Positions 32,658-43,774 of a DNA stretch of 64,000 nucleotides are shown here, piece after piece; the stretch's first letter is position 1; the number at the start of each line of letters is the position of its first letter. Below the pieces are notes generated by a model. The model saw only the letters and a list, made by a program, of their open reading frames with translations. It was not told the origin of the DNA and made no database searches. This DNA comes from Thermodesulfobacteriota bacterium (GTDB taxonomy: Bacteria > Desulfobacterota > Desulfarculia > JACQYL01): the NCBI GenBank assembly GCA_963675595.2, contig CAXXLZ010000001.1, positions 1 through 64,000 on the forward strand, read 5' to 3'. A program made the position numbers and the translations under genes.

Positions 32658-33689
32658 TCAGATGTTGACTTGGGGAGGCCTTTGGATGACCACCCCAAAC
32701 CAGCCAAGTCCCTTGTAGGTTTCATATCCGGGGGTCAGGGCGAAACCCACCATGCGGCCCGCATCGTCCACATAGGTTCCCTTCACCTGGTTTTCCCTGC
32801 GTAAGTTGACTATTTCCTGCAGGAAACCCTGGTGGTCCGAAGAAGCGATGACCCGAAAGCGCGAATCCAACAGCAGGCACCGGGTGCGCGAGGCTTCCTC
32901 CTTGTCCAGGCGTACGCCGTCCACCACCGCCCGGGCCTGGGGCTCCCAATCGAAGAAGATGCCCAACACTCCCACCGGGCGCCCGTGGGTTTCGCCGCTC
33001 TCCCGAATGGCCGTGGCGTAGGTGGCCACGGCCCTGTTGCCCAGTTCGGGGCGCAGGCCCACGTCGGCCACGGAGAACTCGGCGCCGTCCCGAGTGGCCA
33101 GGGCGTTCTTGAACCAGACCTCTCCGGCCATATTGTGGCCCGCCACCCGATAACGGTCCGGCCGGCCGTTGGCCAGGACATCGCCCTTGGTGTCCAGCAC
33201 CCAAAGGTCGAGGTAAACCGTGTAGGAATCCAGGATCACCGCCAGTCGCTTGGAGGCGAAGCGCCGGTTTTCCGGCGAAGGGTCCGAGGCGCAGGCCACC
33301 ATCGCGGCGTCGGTGGCCCACCAGCGCACATCACAGGAACGTTCGTAGAGGTTGCGGTCGATGATGTCGATCATGTTGAGAGCCAGGTCCGACAGTCTGG
33401 TTCCCCGCACATTGGCCACCATTTGTTGGCCCAGACGATCCAGCTTGCTCACTCTTTCGTCCAGTGCGGCGGTCAGTTCATTGGTGATTCCTTTGATGGA
33501 ATCGGATACCCGGCCCACCTCCTCGGCCACGATGGCGAATCCCCGCCCGGCCTCCCCGGCCCGAGCGGCTTCCACTGCGGCGTTAATGGCCAATATTTTG
33601 GTGGAACGGGTGATCCCCATAATTCGCTTTACATTATCGGTGATCAGCTTGGATACATCCTTGGAAAGGGCAAGTATTCTTTCCGGCAT
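32658..33689 (-). CDS. Soluble methyl-accepting chemotaxis-like protein with C-terminal Cache/PDC-like domain
   Basis: [29 protein letters not shown] near the N-terminus; no transmembrane segment. Confidence 0.88.
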   Translation of the reverse strand: MPERILALSKDVSKLITDNVKRIMGITRSTKILAINAAVEAARAGEAGRGFAIVAEEVGRVSDSIKGITNELTAALDERVSKLDRLGQQMVANVRGTRLSDLALNMIDIIDRNLYERSCDVRWWATDAAMVACASDPSPENRRFASKRLAVILDSYTVYLDLWVLDTKGDVLANGRPDRYRVAGHNMAGEVWFKNALATRDGAEFSVADVGLRPELGNRAVATYATAIRESGETHGRPVGVLGIFFDWEPQARAVVDGVRLDKEEASRTRCLLLDSRFRVIASSDHQGFLQEIVNLRRENQVKGTYVDDAGRMVGFALTPGYETYKGLGWFGVVIQRPPQVNI

Positions 33690-34069
33690 GAAGCATTCTC
33701 CCTCATATTGTAGCCACAACGTCCGGCTACTTGGCGCCCCACGGCCGATGCCGGGAGCGTAACTCATCATAATTTAACAAAGGGGCAAGAAATGGGCCAA
33801 ACCGAAACTGAAAGGGGACAAAGGAGACCGCCCTGAATTGCATGACATTTTATTATGTCGAAAAGAACCGACCCGCCGGTATGCGTACCGTCAGGTAGCA
33901 AAAGACGACGAAACCTACCAAAAGGAAGGGAAGGTTGGACGCATGGACCGGCTGAGGCATCGGAGGGCGGCGCTTCCGGTATCGAGGGGGGCCGGAGAAT
34001 CAGGGGGGAAAGGCGAATCGGGCCCCTTCCCTGGTCGGGACATCACCTCCTCAAGCCGTTTTCTCGTAC

Positions 34070-34246
34070 CTATTCACGGGGTGTGCCTCCGGGGGACCAA
34101 TGGCCCCCCCGGACCCCCGTCGTGCTTTTGCGAATCGCATACGCGATTGGCAAAACGAGCAGCATGTACCGTACAACATATTAAAATAATGAAGTTTATT
34201 AGGAAAAGGCCCGAGGGAACCTTTCTTTCAAAGAGCGTTCCCGCGG
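34070..34246 (+). repeat. Dispersed repeat family B copy
   Basis: TATTCACGG..GGGGGACCAATGGCCCCCC..TTTTGCGAATCGC..ACGAGCAGCATGT, shared with 39702-39882; partial inverted copy at about 28085-28116. Confidence 0.8.
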
Positions 34247-34261
34247 ATACCCTTCTGAATG

Positions 34262-34380
34262 CGCACCAAGAACGATCACACGCAAGGCGTGCGAATTCCA
34301 AGCAATGAAGCGTACGTGGAGTACTGCTCAGTGACAAGAGGCCAAGCGCGACGCCGCAGGTTGCGTACTTGATCGGCCCG
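34262..34380 (+). repeat. Dispersed repeat family A copy
   Basis: GCAAGGCGTGCGAATTCC..CAGTGACAAGAGG..AGCGCGACGCCGCAG core. Confidence 0.65.
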
Positions 34381-34429
34381 CCAGGATGGCGCATTTCTTG
34401 CACTTTCAGAGGATATTTGATCTTAAGGC

Positions 34430-34849
34430 GTGGAGTTTTCGGTGAATATTTCGAATATAGGGCAAATATTTCCTCCATCAGGCGTCCAAAACGGTGAAGA
34501 TGTTTCACAGAAAGCTGATTTCAAGGCAAATGATTCTATTGATGAACCAGGGTCGGCATCTAAAACCGTCGATATGAGGAACGTGTCACTAAACGAAGTT
34601 AATCAACTCATCAGATCTGGCACGGACGAGCTTCTGCAGATAGTGCCGTTTGTCCCTCCTCACATCATCAATAAATACGGGCCGGAGTACGCTGCCGGCG
34701 TTAAAGTGGATTTCCTAGGACAAGTAGAGACAAGCCTTGAATTTCATAGAAGTCGCGGTGAGGAAACGGGAATATTGGAAAAAGTATTAGAAAAGCTAAT
34801 AGATATTGATGGAACTGTTATATCTACTAAAGTAGACGTCATGGCTTGA
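34430..34849 (+). CDS. Hypothetical protein, AT-rich
   Basis: 139-aa ORF with lower GC than its flanks. Confidence 0.55.
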   Translation: MEFSVNISNIGQIFPPSGVQNGEDVSQKADFKANDSIDEPGSASKTVDMRNVSLNEVNQLIRSGTDELLQIVPFVPPHIINKYGPEYAAGVKVDFLGQVETSLEFHRSRGEETGILEKVLEKLIDIDGTVISTKVDVMA

Positions 34850-34879
34850 CCTATCGTCAAGGGCTCAAATCGGTTCTCG

Positions 34880-35282
34880 ACTTTCAGTCAAAATAGGTAC
34901 TCGACTTTCACTCAACCGGAGGATCAACTCCTCAACCCGTTTTCCAAGATCGGGGTCCGCTGCAATTACGGATTTCAGCCTCTTAATCACGCTGCTCACC
35001 GAACTGTATTTTTGCATCCCGAACTGCGTGCGATGCCACTTCATTGGAGAAGTCTCGCCAATCGTGCTCCCTTGAGTCGCCTTGTCGGGTATATGGCCAC
35101 ATTTCTCGGTTCGTTAATTACGCCTCTCCGTGATGACATGAGTTCACCTTCGTTCACTCTATACGGGTTCTCCAAAATGCACACTTCTCCGTCCGGTCGA
35201 CAAAAACGGGCTCGCCTCTCCTGCCGGGGTTCATCAGGTGATACCAGGTACGCGGATACTCTATGCGCAGCGGCCTTGACGT
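34880..35282 (-). pseudogene. REP-associated tyrosine transposase (RAYT/Y1)-like remnant with internal deletion
   Basis: N-terminal RPLRIEYPRTWYHLMNPGRRGEPVF and C-terminal FGMQKYSSVSSVIKR HTH-like tail; catalytic core missing. Confidence 0.7.
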
Positions 35283-35361
35283 GGTGAGGCGGTTACAATC
35301 AATATAACCAAGATTGAAGAGGAGACTTGACCTCTTTACACATCCCAACGCAGGAAACCCA

Positions 35362-36225
35362 ATGTTTCAAGCAGTTGCAGCAAATCAACCGACCGTCCCG
35401 CCCCGTTCGAGCACTATACGGCCGCGGGTCTTTGGACGGACGAGCACACATCGTCCAAAATGCTTTCTTTTCACCTCGAGGGGTCCGTGGACGTCTCCTC
35501 CAGGAACACGGAGTTCATTGATCGGTCCGTTCGCTGGATCGTTTCCCGCTTCGATTTGAACGAGAACAAGAGTGTGGCTGATTTCGGGTGCGGACCGGGC
35601 CTGTACACGACTCGTCTCGCCGCATCCGGGAGCGGAGGTGACCGGCATCGACTTTTCCGGGGGTTCCATCGAATATGCCCGCCGAGAATCAAAGCGCCGG
35701 GGCCTTTCCATCGACCACGTGCACGCCGACTACCTGGAATATGATACGAACCGGCGTTTCGATGTGATCCTGATGATCATGTGCGACTTCTGCGCACTCA
35801 GCCCGGAGCAGAGGGCAAGGATGCTGAACAAGTTCTCCGAGTTCCTCAAGCCCGGAGGAGCGGTGCTGCTCGACGTCTATTCCCTGCGCGCCTTCGAGGA
35901 ACGGGAGGAGACCGCCGTGTACGCCCCTGATTTGCTGGACGGGTTCTGGTCCGCAGAACCGTATTTCGGGTTTCTGAATACGTTCAAGTACGAAGCCGAA
36001 CAGGTGGTGCTCGACAAATACACCATTGTCGAGGAGGCTCGAACCCGCGAGGTCTACAATTGGCTTCAGTACTTCGACCCGGAGGGCCTGGGGAGAGAGG
36101 TCCGGGCCGCCGGCTTGGAGGTTGAGGCATTCCCGGGGGACGTGGCCGGTGGAGATTTCGACGCGCAGGGCGACGAATTCGCCGTTTTGGCGCGAAAGCG
36201 GCTTCCCGGTGAATCCGTTCGGTGA
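35362..36225 (+). CDS. Class I SAM-dependent methyltransferase, frameshifted
   Basis: LWTDEHTSSKMLSFHL, VADFGCGPGLY, VTGIDFS and LKPGGAVLLDV lie across frames. Confidence 0.88.
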
Positions 36226-36373
36226 TCCTTCGGAGCGGGATTTCCTCTTTTCGAGCGCGTCGGCGAGGGATTACAGCCCATGACGCGAAAGAGGCTTGCC
36301 GCAAGAGAATCGGCCTGTTTGACGGTAGGCGGGATGGACTGAGGACGGGGGATTCTTTCCCCCGGGAAACTTC

Positions 36374-36402
36374 TTGACACAATAGTTAAGTTGCTGTACT
36401 AT
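36374..36402 (+). promoter_or_regulatory. Sigma-70 promoter overlapped by a MarR-type operator
   Basis: TTGACA-17-TACTAT; imperfect palindrome ATAGTTAAGTTGCTGTACTAT at 36382-36402. Confidence 0.75.
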
Positions 36403-36409
36403 TCGGATC

Positions 36410-36886
36410 ATGGAAACCAAGGAAGAACTCATCATATCCACCATCCGGGCGCTGCTGCGCGTGGCCAAGAAATACGCACGCATCGAGCAGTTGCCCGTTC
36501 CGGTGGAAAAGGGTGTGGAAATCACCACGGCGGAAGCCCATACCATCCAGGCCGTGGGAGAAGACGAAGGAATGAGGGTTTTGGATGTGGCGACGTTCTT
36601 CGGCGTGACCAAGAGCGCCGCTTCTCAGATGGTCGCCAGACTGGTGCGGAAAGGCTTTTTGGAGAAGAGGACCTCCGATCACAACAACAAGGAATTCCAG
36701 TTGTTCCTCACCCAATCGGGTTGGCGGGCCTTCCAGGCTCACGAGCGGTTTCACGGGAAGGATCTGGCCGGTTTGGTGAATCGTCTGAGCGCCTTTTCTC
36801 TGTCGCAGATCGCGACCATATCGGTTTTGCTGGAGGCCCTCGGAGCCGTCATGGACGAAAGATTGTCGGAAAAAGAACGGGAGTGA
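36410..36886 (+). CDS. MarR-family transcriptional regulator
   Basis: VATFFGVTKSAASQMVARLVRKGFLEK..LTQSG winged HTH. Confidence 0.92.
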   Translation: METKEELIISTIRALLRVAKKYARIEQLPVPVEKGVEITTAEAHTIQAVGEDEGMRVLDVATFFGVTKSAASQMVARLVRKGFLEKRTSDHNNKEFQLFLTQSGWRAFQAHERFHGKDLAGLVNRLSAFSLSQIATISVLLEALGAVMDERLSEKERE

Positions 36887-36903
36887 TTCTTTTTTTTGGG
36901 TTA

Positions 36904-36924
36904 ATAGTTAAGCTGCTTAACTAT
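36904..36924. promoter_or_regulatory. Perfect MarR-type operator ATAGTTAAGC-T-GCTTAACTAT
   Basis: Perfect 10-1-10 palindrome, near-identical to 36382-36402. Confidence 0.8.
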
Positions 36925-36937
36925 ATGGGGCGCAGAC

Positions 36938-39649
36938 ATGTGGAATCCGAAAAGAGCCGTCATTGAATTTTCCATTAAACGCTACAAGCTCATCGCCGTA
37001 GCCGCGGTTTTGTTCACACTGGCGACCGGCGCTTTCTTCCCGTTGATCACCATTGATACGGACCCGGAAAGCATGCTCGAGAAAACCGAGCCCGTCCGGG
37101 TCTTCCACAATGAGAGTAAGAAGCGGTTCGATCTGAGCGATACCATTGTGCTGGGCGTTATCAACGAGCACGATCCGAACGGCGTTTTCAATCCGGAGAC
37201 TTTGAGGCGCGTTTATGAGTTGACCGAATACGCGAAGAGCCTCCGCTGGGAGGATGAAGCACATCCCGGTCGATTATCCGGTGTCATAGAAGCCGACATG
37301 ATCGCTCCGTCCATGGTCGATCACATCAGCCGGCAGGGACCCGGAACGATCAAGTTCGAGTGGCTCATGGCCCGGCCGCCGGAAACGAAGGCGGAAGCTC
37401 TGGCCGTTCGCGACAGGGCCCTCTCGAACCCCCTCTTCAAGGGCCGGATGATATCGGAAGACGGCAAGGCCCTCTGCATCTATCTGCCTTTGACGGATAA
37501 GCTCCTAAGCTATCGAATATACGAAGACCTCAACAGGAAGATCGCCCTGATGGGCGGCGAGGAAGAATACCACATCGCCGGTCTTCCGGTTGCGGAAAGC
37601 GCCATCGGGGTGGAGATGTTCAAGCAGATGACGGTGGCGGCTCCCTTGACGATGCTGGTGATCATGGGACTCCTGTTCCTCTTCTTTCGAAGATGGACGT
37701 TGATTGTCCTTCCCATGGTCGTTGCCACGGTTTCGGTGGTATCGGCATTGGGGCTGATGATCGCTTTCGGCTACCCGGTCCACATCCTCAGTTCCATGCT
37801 TCCGATCTTCGTGATGCCCATCGCCATCTGCGACACGGTTCATATTCTTTCGGATTTCTTTCAATCCTACACCAGAGAGAAGGGGCGCAGGCAAACCATC
37901 CGGGAAGTGATGCACTCGCTGTTCGCGCCCGTTCTATATACCTCGTTAACAACGGCCGCCGGCTTTCTGTCGTTCTTGACGACATCGATTCCGCCGGCGA
38001 GGGTTTTCGGTGTTTTTGTCGCCGTGGGGGTCTTGATTGCCTGGATCACCACCATATTGCTCGTGCCCGCATACATCATGATGATCCCGGATCGGGTGCT
38101 GGAAAACTTCGGCAAGTCGTCCAAGAAGCGAGAAGGACACACGTGGATCGAGGGGTTCCTGCAATTCCTGGGAAGGTTGACCTACACACGCGCAAAGTTG
38201 GTTCTGGCAATCATACCCTTGCTGCTCATCCCGGCGGTATGGGGTATTTCTCAGATCAGAATCAACGACAATTACGCGAAACGATTCAGTACAAACCATC
38301 CGATTCGCCAAGCAGATATCGCACTCAATAGGCATTTTGATGGGACCTATGTCGCGTACTTGGTCATGGAAGGGACCGAGACCGGAAAGCCGTCGCAGCG
38401 GGATATCCTGAGAACGGAATTGGACCTTGCCGACTTTGTCCAGGGCATGGGGGATCGCGGCGCAGCCGCCGCCGGAATCGTCGCGGATGTGGGGGGCGGA
38501 CTTGCCGGGTTCGCGCGAAAAGCGGGCTCGTTCGAGGCGTTCATGGATACGGCGACCCGTTATGTGGATGAGAAATCGGCCTCCGCCTCGGACGAGGATT
38601 ATGATGTCCTGCAGGAGCTAAGGAGCTTCTTCGGCATGGAAAAGGAGAAACGCAAGCCTTTCAAGCGGCCGGAGGTGCTCGAATATATGGCCGGACTGCA
38701 GACGTACCTGGTGAAGAAAGGATTGGTGGGTAAATGCACGTCCGTTGCAGACGTGGTTCGCAAAGTCAACCAGGAATTGACCGACGGTACCAAGGAGAGT
38801 TTTCGTATCCCGGACAAACTGCAAGGGGTGTCGGAATGCTACATGCAATACCAACAAAGCCATCGGCCCAACGATCTTTGGCATATGGTAACGCCGGATT
38901 TCATGAACGCCAATGTCTGGACCCAGTTCACACGAGGAGACAGCGAACAAACGCATAGAACCGTCAAGGCGGTGGAGCGATATGTCGCGACTCACGAGCC
39001 GCCGGTTGCTTTGTCCTTCCGGTGGGCGGGCCTGCATTACGTCAATTTCGTATTTCAGGACATCCTGTTCAGGCAGATGTTGCAATCGTTTGCCGGAACA
39101 TTGGGCATTGTCTTCATCATGATGGTCTTTCTATTTCGCTCTCTGCTTTGGGCCGTGGCGTCCATGATTCCTTTGACGCTCACCATCACCACCATCTACG
39201 GAGTCACCGGAATCGTGGGCAAGGACTACGACATGCCGGTTGCGGTCCTGAGCGCCATCTCACTTGGGATAGCCGTTGATTTCGCCGTCCACTTTCTGGA
39301 GCGGAGCCGTGAAATGTACGCACAAACAGGCTCCTGGGCGCAGACCGTGCCGAAAATGTTCGAAGAACCGGCAATAGCGATCAGCCGAAACGTCCTGGTG
39401 GTGGCGTTCGGATTCATGCCCCTCATGGTGGCTCAGTTGATTCCCTATAAGACGACCGCGGTACTGCTTTTCGGAATTCTCTTCTTTTCCGGTCTGATGA
39501 CCTTGCTCCTCCTTCCATCGTTGCTGATGGTCGCGGAAAAGTGGTTTTTCGGAAAACAAGCCGGAAGCAATCGGACGGCTGAATCAACGGAACAGGGGAG
39601 ACCCCTCGAAACCATGGAGAGCGAAATGAAGGCCGAGTCCTCCAAATGA
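36938..39649 (+). CDS. MMPL/RND-superfamily transporter
   Basis: Two-fold TM repeat with large periplasmic loops; TSLTTAAGF and LGIAVDFAVHF motifs. Confidence 0.92.
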   Translation: MWNPKRAVIEFSIKRYKLIAVAAVLFTLATGAFFPLITIDTDPESMLEKTEPVRVFHNESKKRFDLSDTIVLGVINEHDPNGVFNPETLRRVYELTEYAKSLRWEDEAHPGRLSGVIEADMIAPSMVDHISRQGPGTIKFEWLMARPPETKAEALAVRDRALSNPLFKGRMISEDGKALCIYLPLTDKLLSYRIYEDLNRKIALMGGEEEYHIAGLPVAESAIGVEMFKQMTVAAPLTMLVIMGLLFLFFRRWTLIVLPMVVATVSVVSALGLMIAFGYPVHILSSMLPIFVMPIAICDTVHILSDFFQSYTREKGRRQTIREVMHSLFAPVLYTSLTTAAGFLSFLTTSIPPARVFGVFVAVGVLIAWITTILLVPAYIMMIPDRVLENFGKSSKKREGHTWIEGFLQFLGRLTYTRAKLVLAIIPLLLIPAVWGISQIRINDNYAKRFSTNHPIRQADIALNRHFDGTYVAYLVMEGTETGKPSQRDILRTELDLADFVQGMGDRGAAAAGIVADVGGGLAGFARKAGSFEAFMDTATRYVDEKSASASDEDYDVLQELRSFFGMEKEKRKPFKRPEVLEYMAGLQTYLVKKGLVGKCTSVADVVRKVNQELTDGTKESFRIPDKLQGVSECYMQYQQSHRPNDLWHMVTPDFMNANVWTQFTRGDSEQTHRTVKAVERYVATHEPPVALSFRWAGLHYVNFVFQDILFRQMLQSFAGTLGIVFIMMVFLFRSLLWAVASMIPLTLTITTIYGVTGIVGKDYDMPVAVLSAISLGIAVDFAVHFLERSREMYAQTGSWAQTVPKMFEEPAIAISRNVLVVAFGFMPLMVAQLIPYKTTAVLLFGILFFSGLMTLLLLPSLLMVAEKWFFGKQAGSNRTAESTEQGRPLETMESEMKAESSK

Positions 39650-39701
39650 GATTCCGTCTTGTGACAGGGCCGATCGGTGAGAGGGTGGAGAACAAAGGCA
39701 T

Positions 39702-39882
39702 CTATTCACGGCGTGTGCCGCAGGGGGACGCCGTCCCCCTGCGCCCCCTGCCGGGGGACCAATGGCCCCCCGGACCCCCGCTGCGCTTTTGCGAATCGCG
39801 CACGCGATTCACAAGACGAGCAGCATGTGCCGTCCAACGTCGTAAAATACTGAAAGGTTTTTGGGGAGGAGCCCGTGGGAAC
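39702..39882 (+). repeat. Dispersed repeat family B copy inside the operon
   Basis: Homologous to 34070-34246. Confidence 0.8.
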
Positions 39883-39977
39883 ATGGGGCTCCCGGCGACC
39901 CTGCGAATCATTACGGTCGCCAATGTTGGGAGCATGAAGAAGTACATCGGTCAAAGACAAGGAAAGCGGGAGGGATT

Positions 39978-40812
39978 ATGAAAGCGATAACGATTTCCAC
40001 GGTAACAGCCGTGGGGCTTCTGTTGGTGCTGGGCGTTTGCTGCGCATGGTCCGGAGATGTGAACGTCGACGACATCATTCGGAAGGCGAACCACATGGCC
40101 TTGTACCAGGGGGCGGACGCAAAAGGAAGAGTCGGCCTGGTGATCACCGACAAGCAGGGGCGTATCCGCAAGAGGGAATTCAACATTCTCCGAAAAGACG
40201 AAGGCGAGTCCGACGGGGATCAGAAATACTTCGTTTTCTTTCATGAACCCGCCGACGTTCGGAAAATGGTGTTCATGGTTCACAAGCATGCGGACCCGGG
40301 CAGAGACGACGACAGGTGGCTCTATATGCCGAGCCTTGATCTGGTAAAACGCATCGCGGCCGGTGACAAACGCACCAGTTTCTTGGGGTCCGATTTTCTT
40401 TACGAAGATATTTCGGGCCGAAGGCCGTTTGAAGATACCCATGAGCTGATAGAGACAACAAGTATGCATTATATCATCAAAAACATACCCATATATAAAG
40501 AGAAAGTTGAATTTGAACACTATATCGCATACATTGATAAAAATACTTTTATTCCTATGAAATTGGAGTTTTTTAAAAAAAGATGACAGACTATATCGTG
40601 TGGTTGAGTCAATAAGCGTGCTCGATATCGAAGCGTATGAAGACGGAAACAAGGTAACTTATCCTACCGTAATCGTATCGGTCGCCAAAGACCTGGAGAA
40701 TGGGAGCATGTCCGAAATGAAATATGCCAATACCCGGTACAATATGGGTTTGAAGTCGGATATTTTTACTGAACGTTATCTGATAAGGCCTCCAAGAGAT
40801 GCCGTTCGATAA
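39978..40812 (+). CDS. LolA-like outer-membrane lipoprotein-sorting family protein, frameshift in the A-run near 40580
   Basis: FHEPADVR..DDDRWLYMPSLDLVKRIA..SFLGSDFLYED and C-terminal IFTERYL. Confidence 0.88.
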
Positions 40813-42088
40813 GAACCAAGGTCTGTTATTCAAGCTGTTGATTCCATTTGTGTTGTTTGTGGACATGACCATTCGGGCATCGACCGGCCATTGCGGTTCA
40901 CTATTTGAGGATTTGCCGGTTGTGGAAATCCATGGGTTTTTCGAAACAAGAGCCGGCTTTCGTATGCAGAACGATCCCCATGAACGGGATCTGTCCATAT
41001 TGGATGCCCGACTTCAGGGTGAGCTCCTTGTTGATACCGATTGGGCGGAATTCAAGTACAAAGGGGACTTGTGGTACGACGGAGTAACGGAACAGGGGGA
41101 GTACGACACGCGTGAGACCTGGTTCTTCGTGCGTCCTACGGACTTTCTGGACGTGAAGATCGGCCGTCAGGTTCTGACGTGGGGAACGGGGGAATTGGTT
41201 TTTTTGAACGACCTTTTTCCAAAGGACTGGCAGTCCTTTTTCATCGGGAGAGATTCCGAATATCTGAAGGCGCCTTCCGATGCGGCGAAATTCAGCTTTT
41301 TCACGGACATCGCGAATCTTGACGTGGTGTATACGCCTCAATTTGATCCCGACCGCCTTGTTACGGGCGAGTATCTTTCCTATTGGAATGCCTCACTCGG
41401 AAAATTGGCCGGACGCGACGCGATCGTCAAAGCGGAAAAACCGGAGCGATGGTTTCAGGATGATGAAGTCTCGGTGCGCCTCTACAAGAACATCAACAAT
41501 TACGAGGCGGGGCTGTACGGATACCGAGGTTATTGGAAAAAGCCCGCCGGTCGGACGGAGTCGGGCAGGCCCGCATTTCCTGAACTGGATGTTTTCGGCG
41601 CCTCGGTTCGTGGGCGGATCGGACCCGGGATCGGGAACATTGAGATCGCCTATTATCATTCGGCGGACGACGAGAGTGGTTCCAATCCCCTGGTGGATAA
41701 TTCGGAGATGCGGTATCTGGCCGGTTACACGCAGGATATGGGAAGAGACTTCAATGCCGGTCTCCAATACTATGTGGAACAGATTCTTGATTATGATGAT
41801 TACGTTTCGAGCCTGACCGAGGGGCCGGTCAGGGATCGTTTCAGACATGTCCTGACGTTCCGGTTCACCAAATTGCTGATGAGTCAGAATCTTGAACTGT
41901 CCCTGGAGGGCTATTACTCACACAGTGATCATGACGCCTACCTGCGCCCCAAAGTCCACTACAAGTATACGGATCATATCGCGATTGAAACCGGAGCCAA
42001 TCTCTTTGTCGGGGCGGACCGGAATACATTTTTCGGCCAATTTGAAAAAAACACAAATACATACATGGCGGTTAGGTATAGCTTCTAA
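40799..42088 (+). CDS. Outer-membrane beta-barrel protein (DUF1302-like)
   Basis: DVKIGRQVLTWG, FFGQF and C-terminal VRYSF. Confidence 0.78.
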   Translation: MPFDKNQGLLFKLLIPFVLFVDMTIRASTGHCGSLFEDLPVVEIHGFFETRAGFRMQNDPHERDLSILDARLQGELLVDTDWAEFKYKGDLWYDGVTEQGEYDTRETWFFVRPTDFLDVKIGRQVLTWGTGELVFLNDLFPKDWQSFFIGRDSEYLKAPSDAAKFSFFTDIANLDVVYTPQFDPDRLVTGEYLSYWNASLGKLAGRDAIVKAEKPERWFQDDEVSVRLYKNINNYEAGLYGYRGYWKKPAGRTESGRPAFPELDVFGASVRGRIGPGIGNIEIAYYHSADDESGSNPLVDNSEMRYLAGYTQDMGRDFNAGLQYYVEQILDYDDYVSSLTEGPVRDRFRHVLTFRFTKLLMSQNLELSLEGYYSHSDHDAYLRPKVHYKYTDHIAIETGANLFVGADRNTFFGQFEKNTNTYMAVRYSF

Positions 42089-42593
42089 AAGGCGGTTCCA
42101 CATTCCAAAATATGGGGGAATTCAATGAGCACTGAAACCGGAATGAAGAACCATGCTCATGAGGGAGGCGGACACAAGCGAGGCCCCACCAGCTTCCAAA
42201 TACACGACCCGGACCGGGTCTTCGACGCACTTCCTCTCAAGAAAGGAGACCATTTCCTGGACGCCGGCTGCGGGCCCGGGGATTATTCAATTCGGGCTTC
42301 GGAATGCGTCGGTGATGCCGGTCTGGTGTTTGCGCTGGACAAGGACAAGCAAATGATTGAGGAGCTGAGACGGAAAGCGCGGAAGAAAGGAATCACCAAT
42401 ATCAGGGCCGTGACCTCGGACTTTACCGCATCGTTGCCCCTGCGGGACCACTCCGTTGACGTGTGTCTCGCGGCAACGGTACTGCACATACCGGCCGTGT
42501 TCAAACATGCGAATGCCTTTGGAATGCCCCCCGATAATTGGTCCATGTATAATGAGAGTCTGAATGCCCAAAGAACGGAAGGAGACTTTTTGC

Positions 42594-42875
42594 ATGGCCA
42601 AGAGAAAGAGACACAGCGCGGAGCAAATCATCCGGAAACTTGAAGACGCGGACCGTCGTCTGACGGCAGGGCAGACGATAGCGCAGGTTTGCCAATCCCT
42701 GGAGGTGAGCGAGGCGACGTACCACCGGTGGCGAAACCAGTATGGCGGGATGAAGGCTGAGGAGGCCAAGCGGCTAAAAGAACTGGAAAAGGAAAATGCA
42801 CGCTTAAAAAAGCTGGTCGCCGATCTGATGTTGGACAAGGCAATGCTGAAGGATCTTGCGGAGGGAAACTTCTAA
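42594..42875 (+). CDS. IS3 transposase OrfA
   Basis: SEATYHRWRNQYGGM..RLKELEKENARLKKLVAD; GGGAAAC slippery heptamer at the 3' end. Confidence 0.93.
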   Translation: MAKRKRHSAEQIIRKLEDADRRLTAGQTIAQVCQSLEVSEATYHRWRNQYGGMKAEEAKRLKELEKENARLKKLVADLMLDKAMLKDLAEGNF

Positions 42876-43774
42876 GCCCGGCGCGTCGTAGGAAAGCGGT
42901 TGATTATGTTCGAAGTGAACATGCCGCTTCAGAGCGTCGGGCCTGCCGCGTAGCCGGTCAACACCGATCCACCCAACGTTATGAGCCGAAGGAACGGGAC
43001 GATGAGGTGGAACTGATCAAGGCTCTTCACCGGTTGGTTGGAGAACATCCCCGTTTTGGATGCCGTAGGATCACTCGGCTGCTGCGTGATGCGGGGTGGG
43101 CGGTAAACTACAAGCGAATTCATAGACTTTGGAAAGAGGAGGGATTCAAGGTACCTCGAAAAGCCAAGAAGAAACGCTTCCTGGGAGTTGATGCCAATGC
43201 GTGCAACAAGCGTAAGGCGGCTTTTGCAAATGATGTCTGGACGTTGGATTTCATTCATGACCGCTTGGTCGACGGCCGTCAGTTCAAGTGCTTGGCCATT
43301 GTCGACGAGTTTACTCGGGAAAACCTGGCCCTGAGGATCAACCGCTCCATTACGGGTGAAGACGTTTTGAACGAGCTGAGCCGATTGATGGGCGAGCGGG
43401 GAGTTCCAACGGGCATTCGATCGGATAACGGTCCCGAATTTATAGCCCAAAAGGTGAGAAATTGGCTGAAAGACCTGGGAGTGGGAACCTTTTTCGTCGA
43501 GCCGGGAGCCCCTTGGCAGAACGGGTACGTGGAAAGTTTCAACAGCCGTTTTCGGGATGAATTCTTGAACATGGAAATTTTCAACAACATCAAGGAAGCG
43601 CAGACTCTGGCCGCCAAATGGCGGAAAGTCTATAACGAGGAAAGACCGCACAGTGCATTGAATTACATGACCCCGGCCCAGTTCGCGGCGAGCCCTTGGG
43701 GCCTCGACTCCGCCTCGCTCAGCTCGGCTTCGCCGTGGCCCCAAGGGCCGGGGATGGAAAACCGCGAGTCATGA
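42872..43774 (+). CDS. IS3 transposase OrfB (DDE integrase core), probably expressed by frameshift
   Basis: VWTLDF, IRSDNGPEF, PWQNGYVESFNSRFRDE and YNEERPHSAL motifs. Confidence 0.93.
   Translation, partial: LSPARRRKAVDYVRSEHAASERRACRVAGQHRSTQRYEPKERDDEVELIKALHRLVGEHPRFGCRRITRLLRDAGWAVNYKRIHRLWKEEGFKVPRKAKKKRFLGVDANACNKRKAAFANDVWTLDFIHDRLVDGRQFKCLAIVDEFTRENLALRINRSITGEDVLNELSRLMGERGVPTGIRSDNGPEFIAQKVRNWLKDLGVGTFFVEPGAPWQNGYVESFNSRFRDEFLNMEIFNNIKEAQTLAAKWRKVYNEERPHSALNYMTPAQFAASPWGLDSASLSSASPWPQGPGMENRES

Noticed and set aside
25452-35300. Integrative element or prophage at tRNA-Asn
   Set aside because: No integrase, no duplicated tRNA 3' end seen and no phage genes; only relic DNA.
76-40600. 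Many frameshifts (aspS, degP, cbiO, csoR, methyltransferases, EamA, LolA-like) as programmed recoding or mass pseudogenisation
   Set aside because: They hit essential aspS and often sit at homopolymer runs, without accompanying in-frame stops. Long-read indel error is the simplest explanation.
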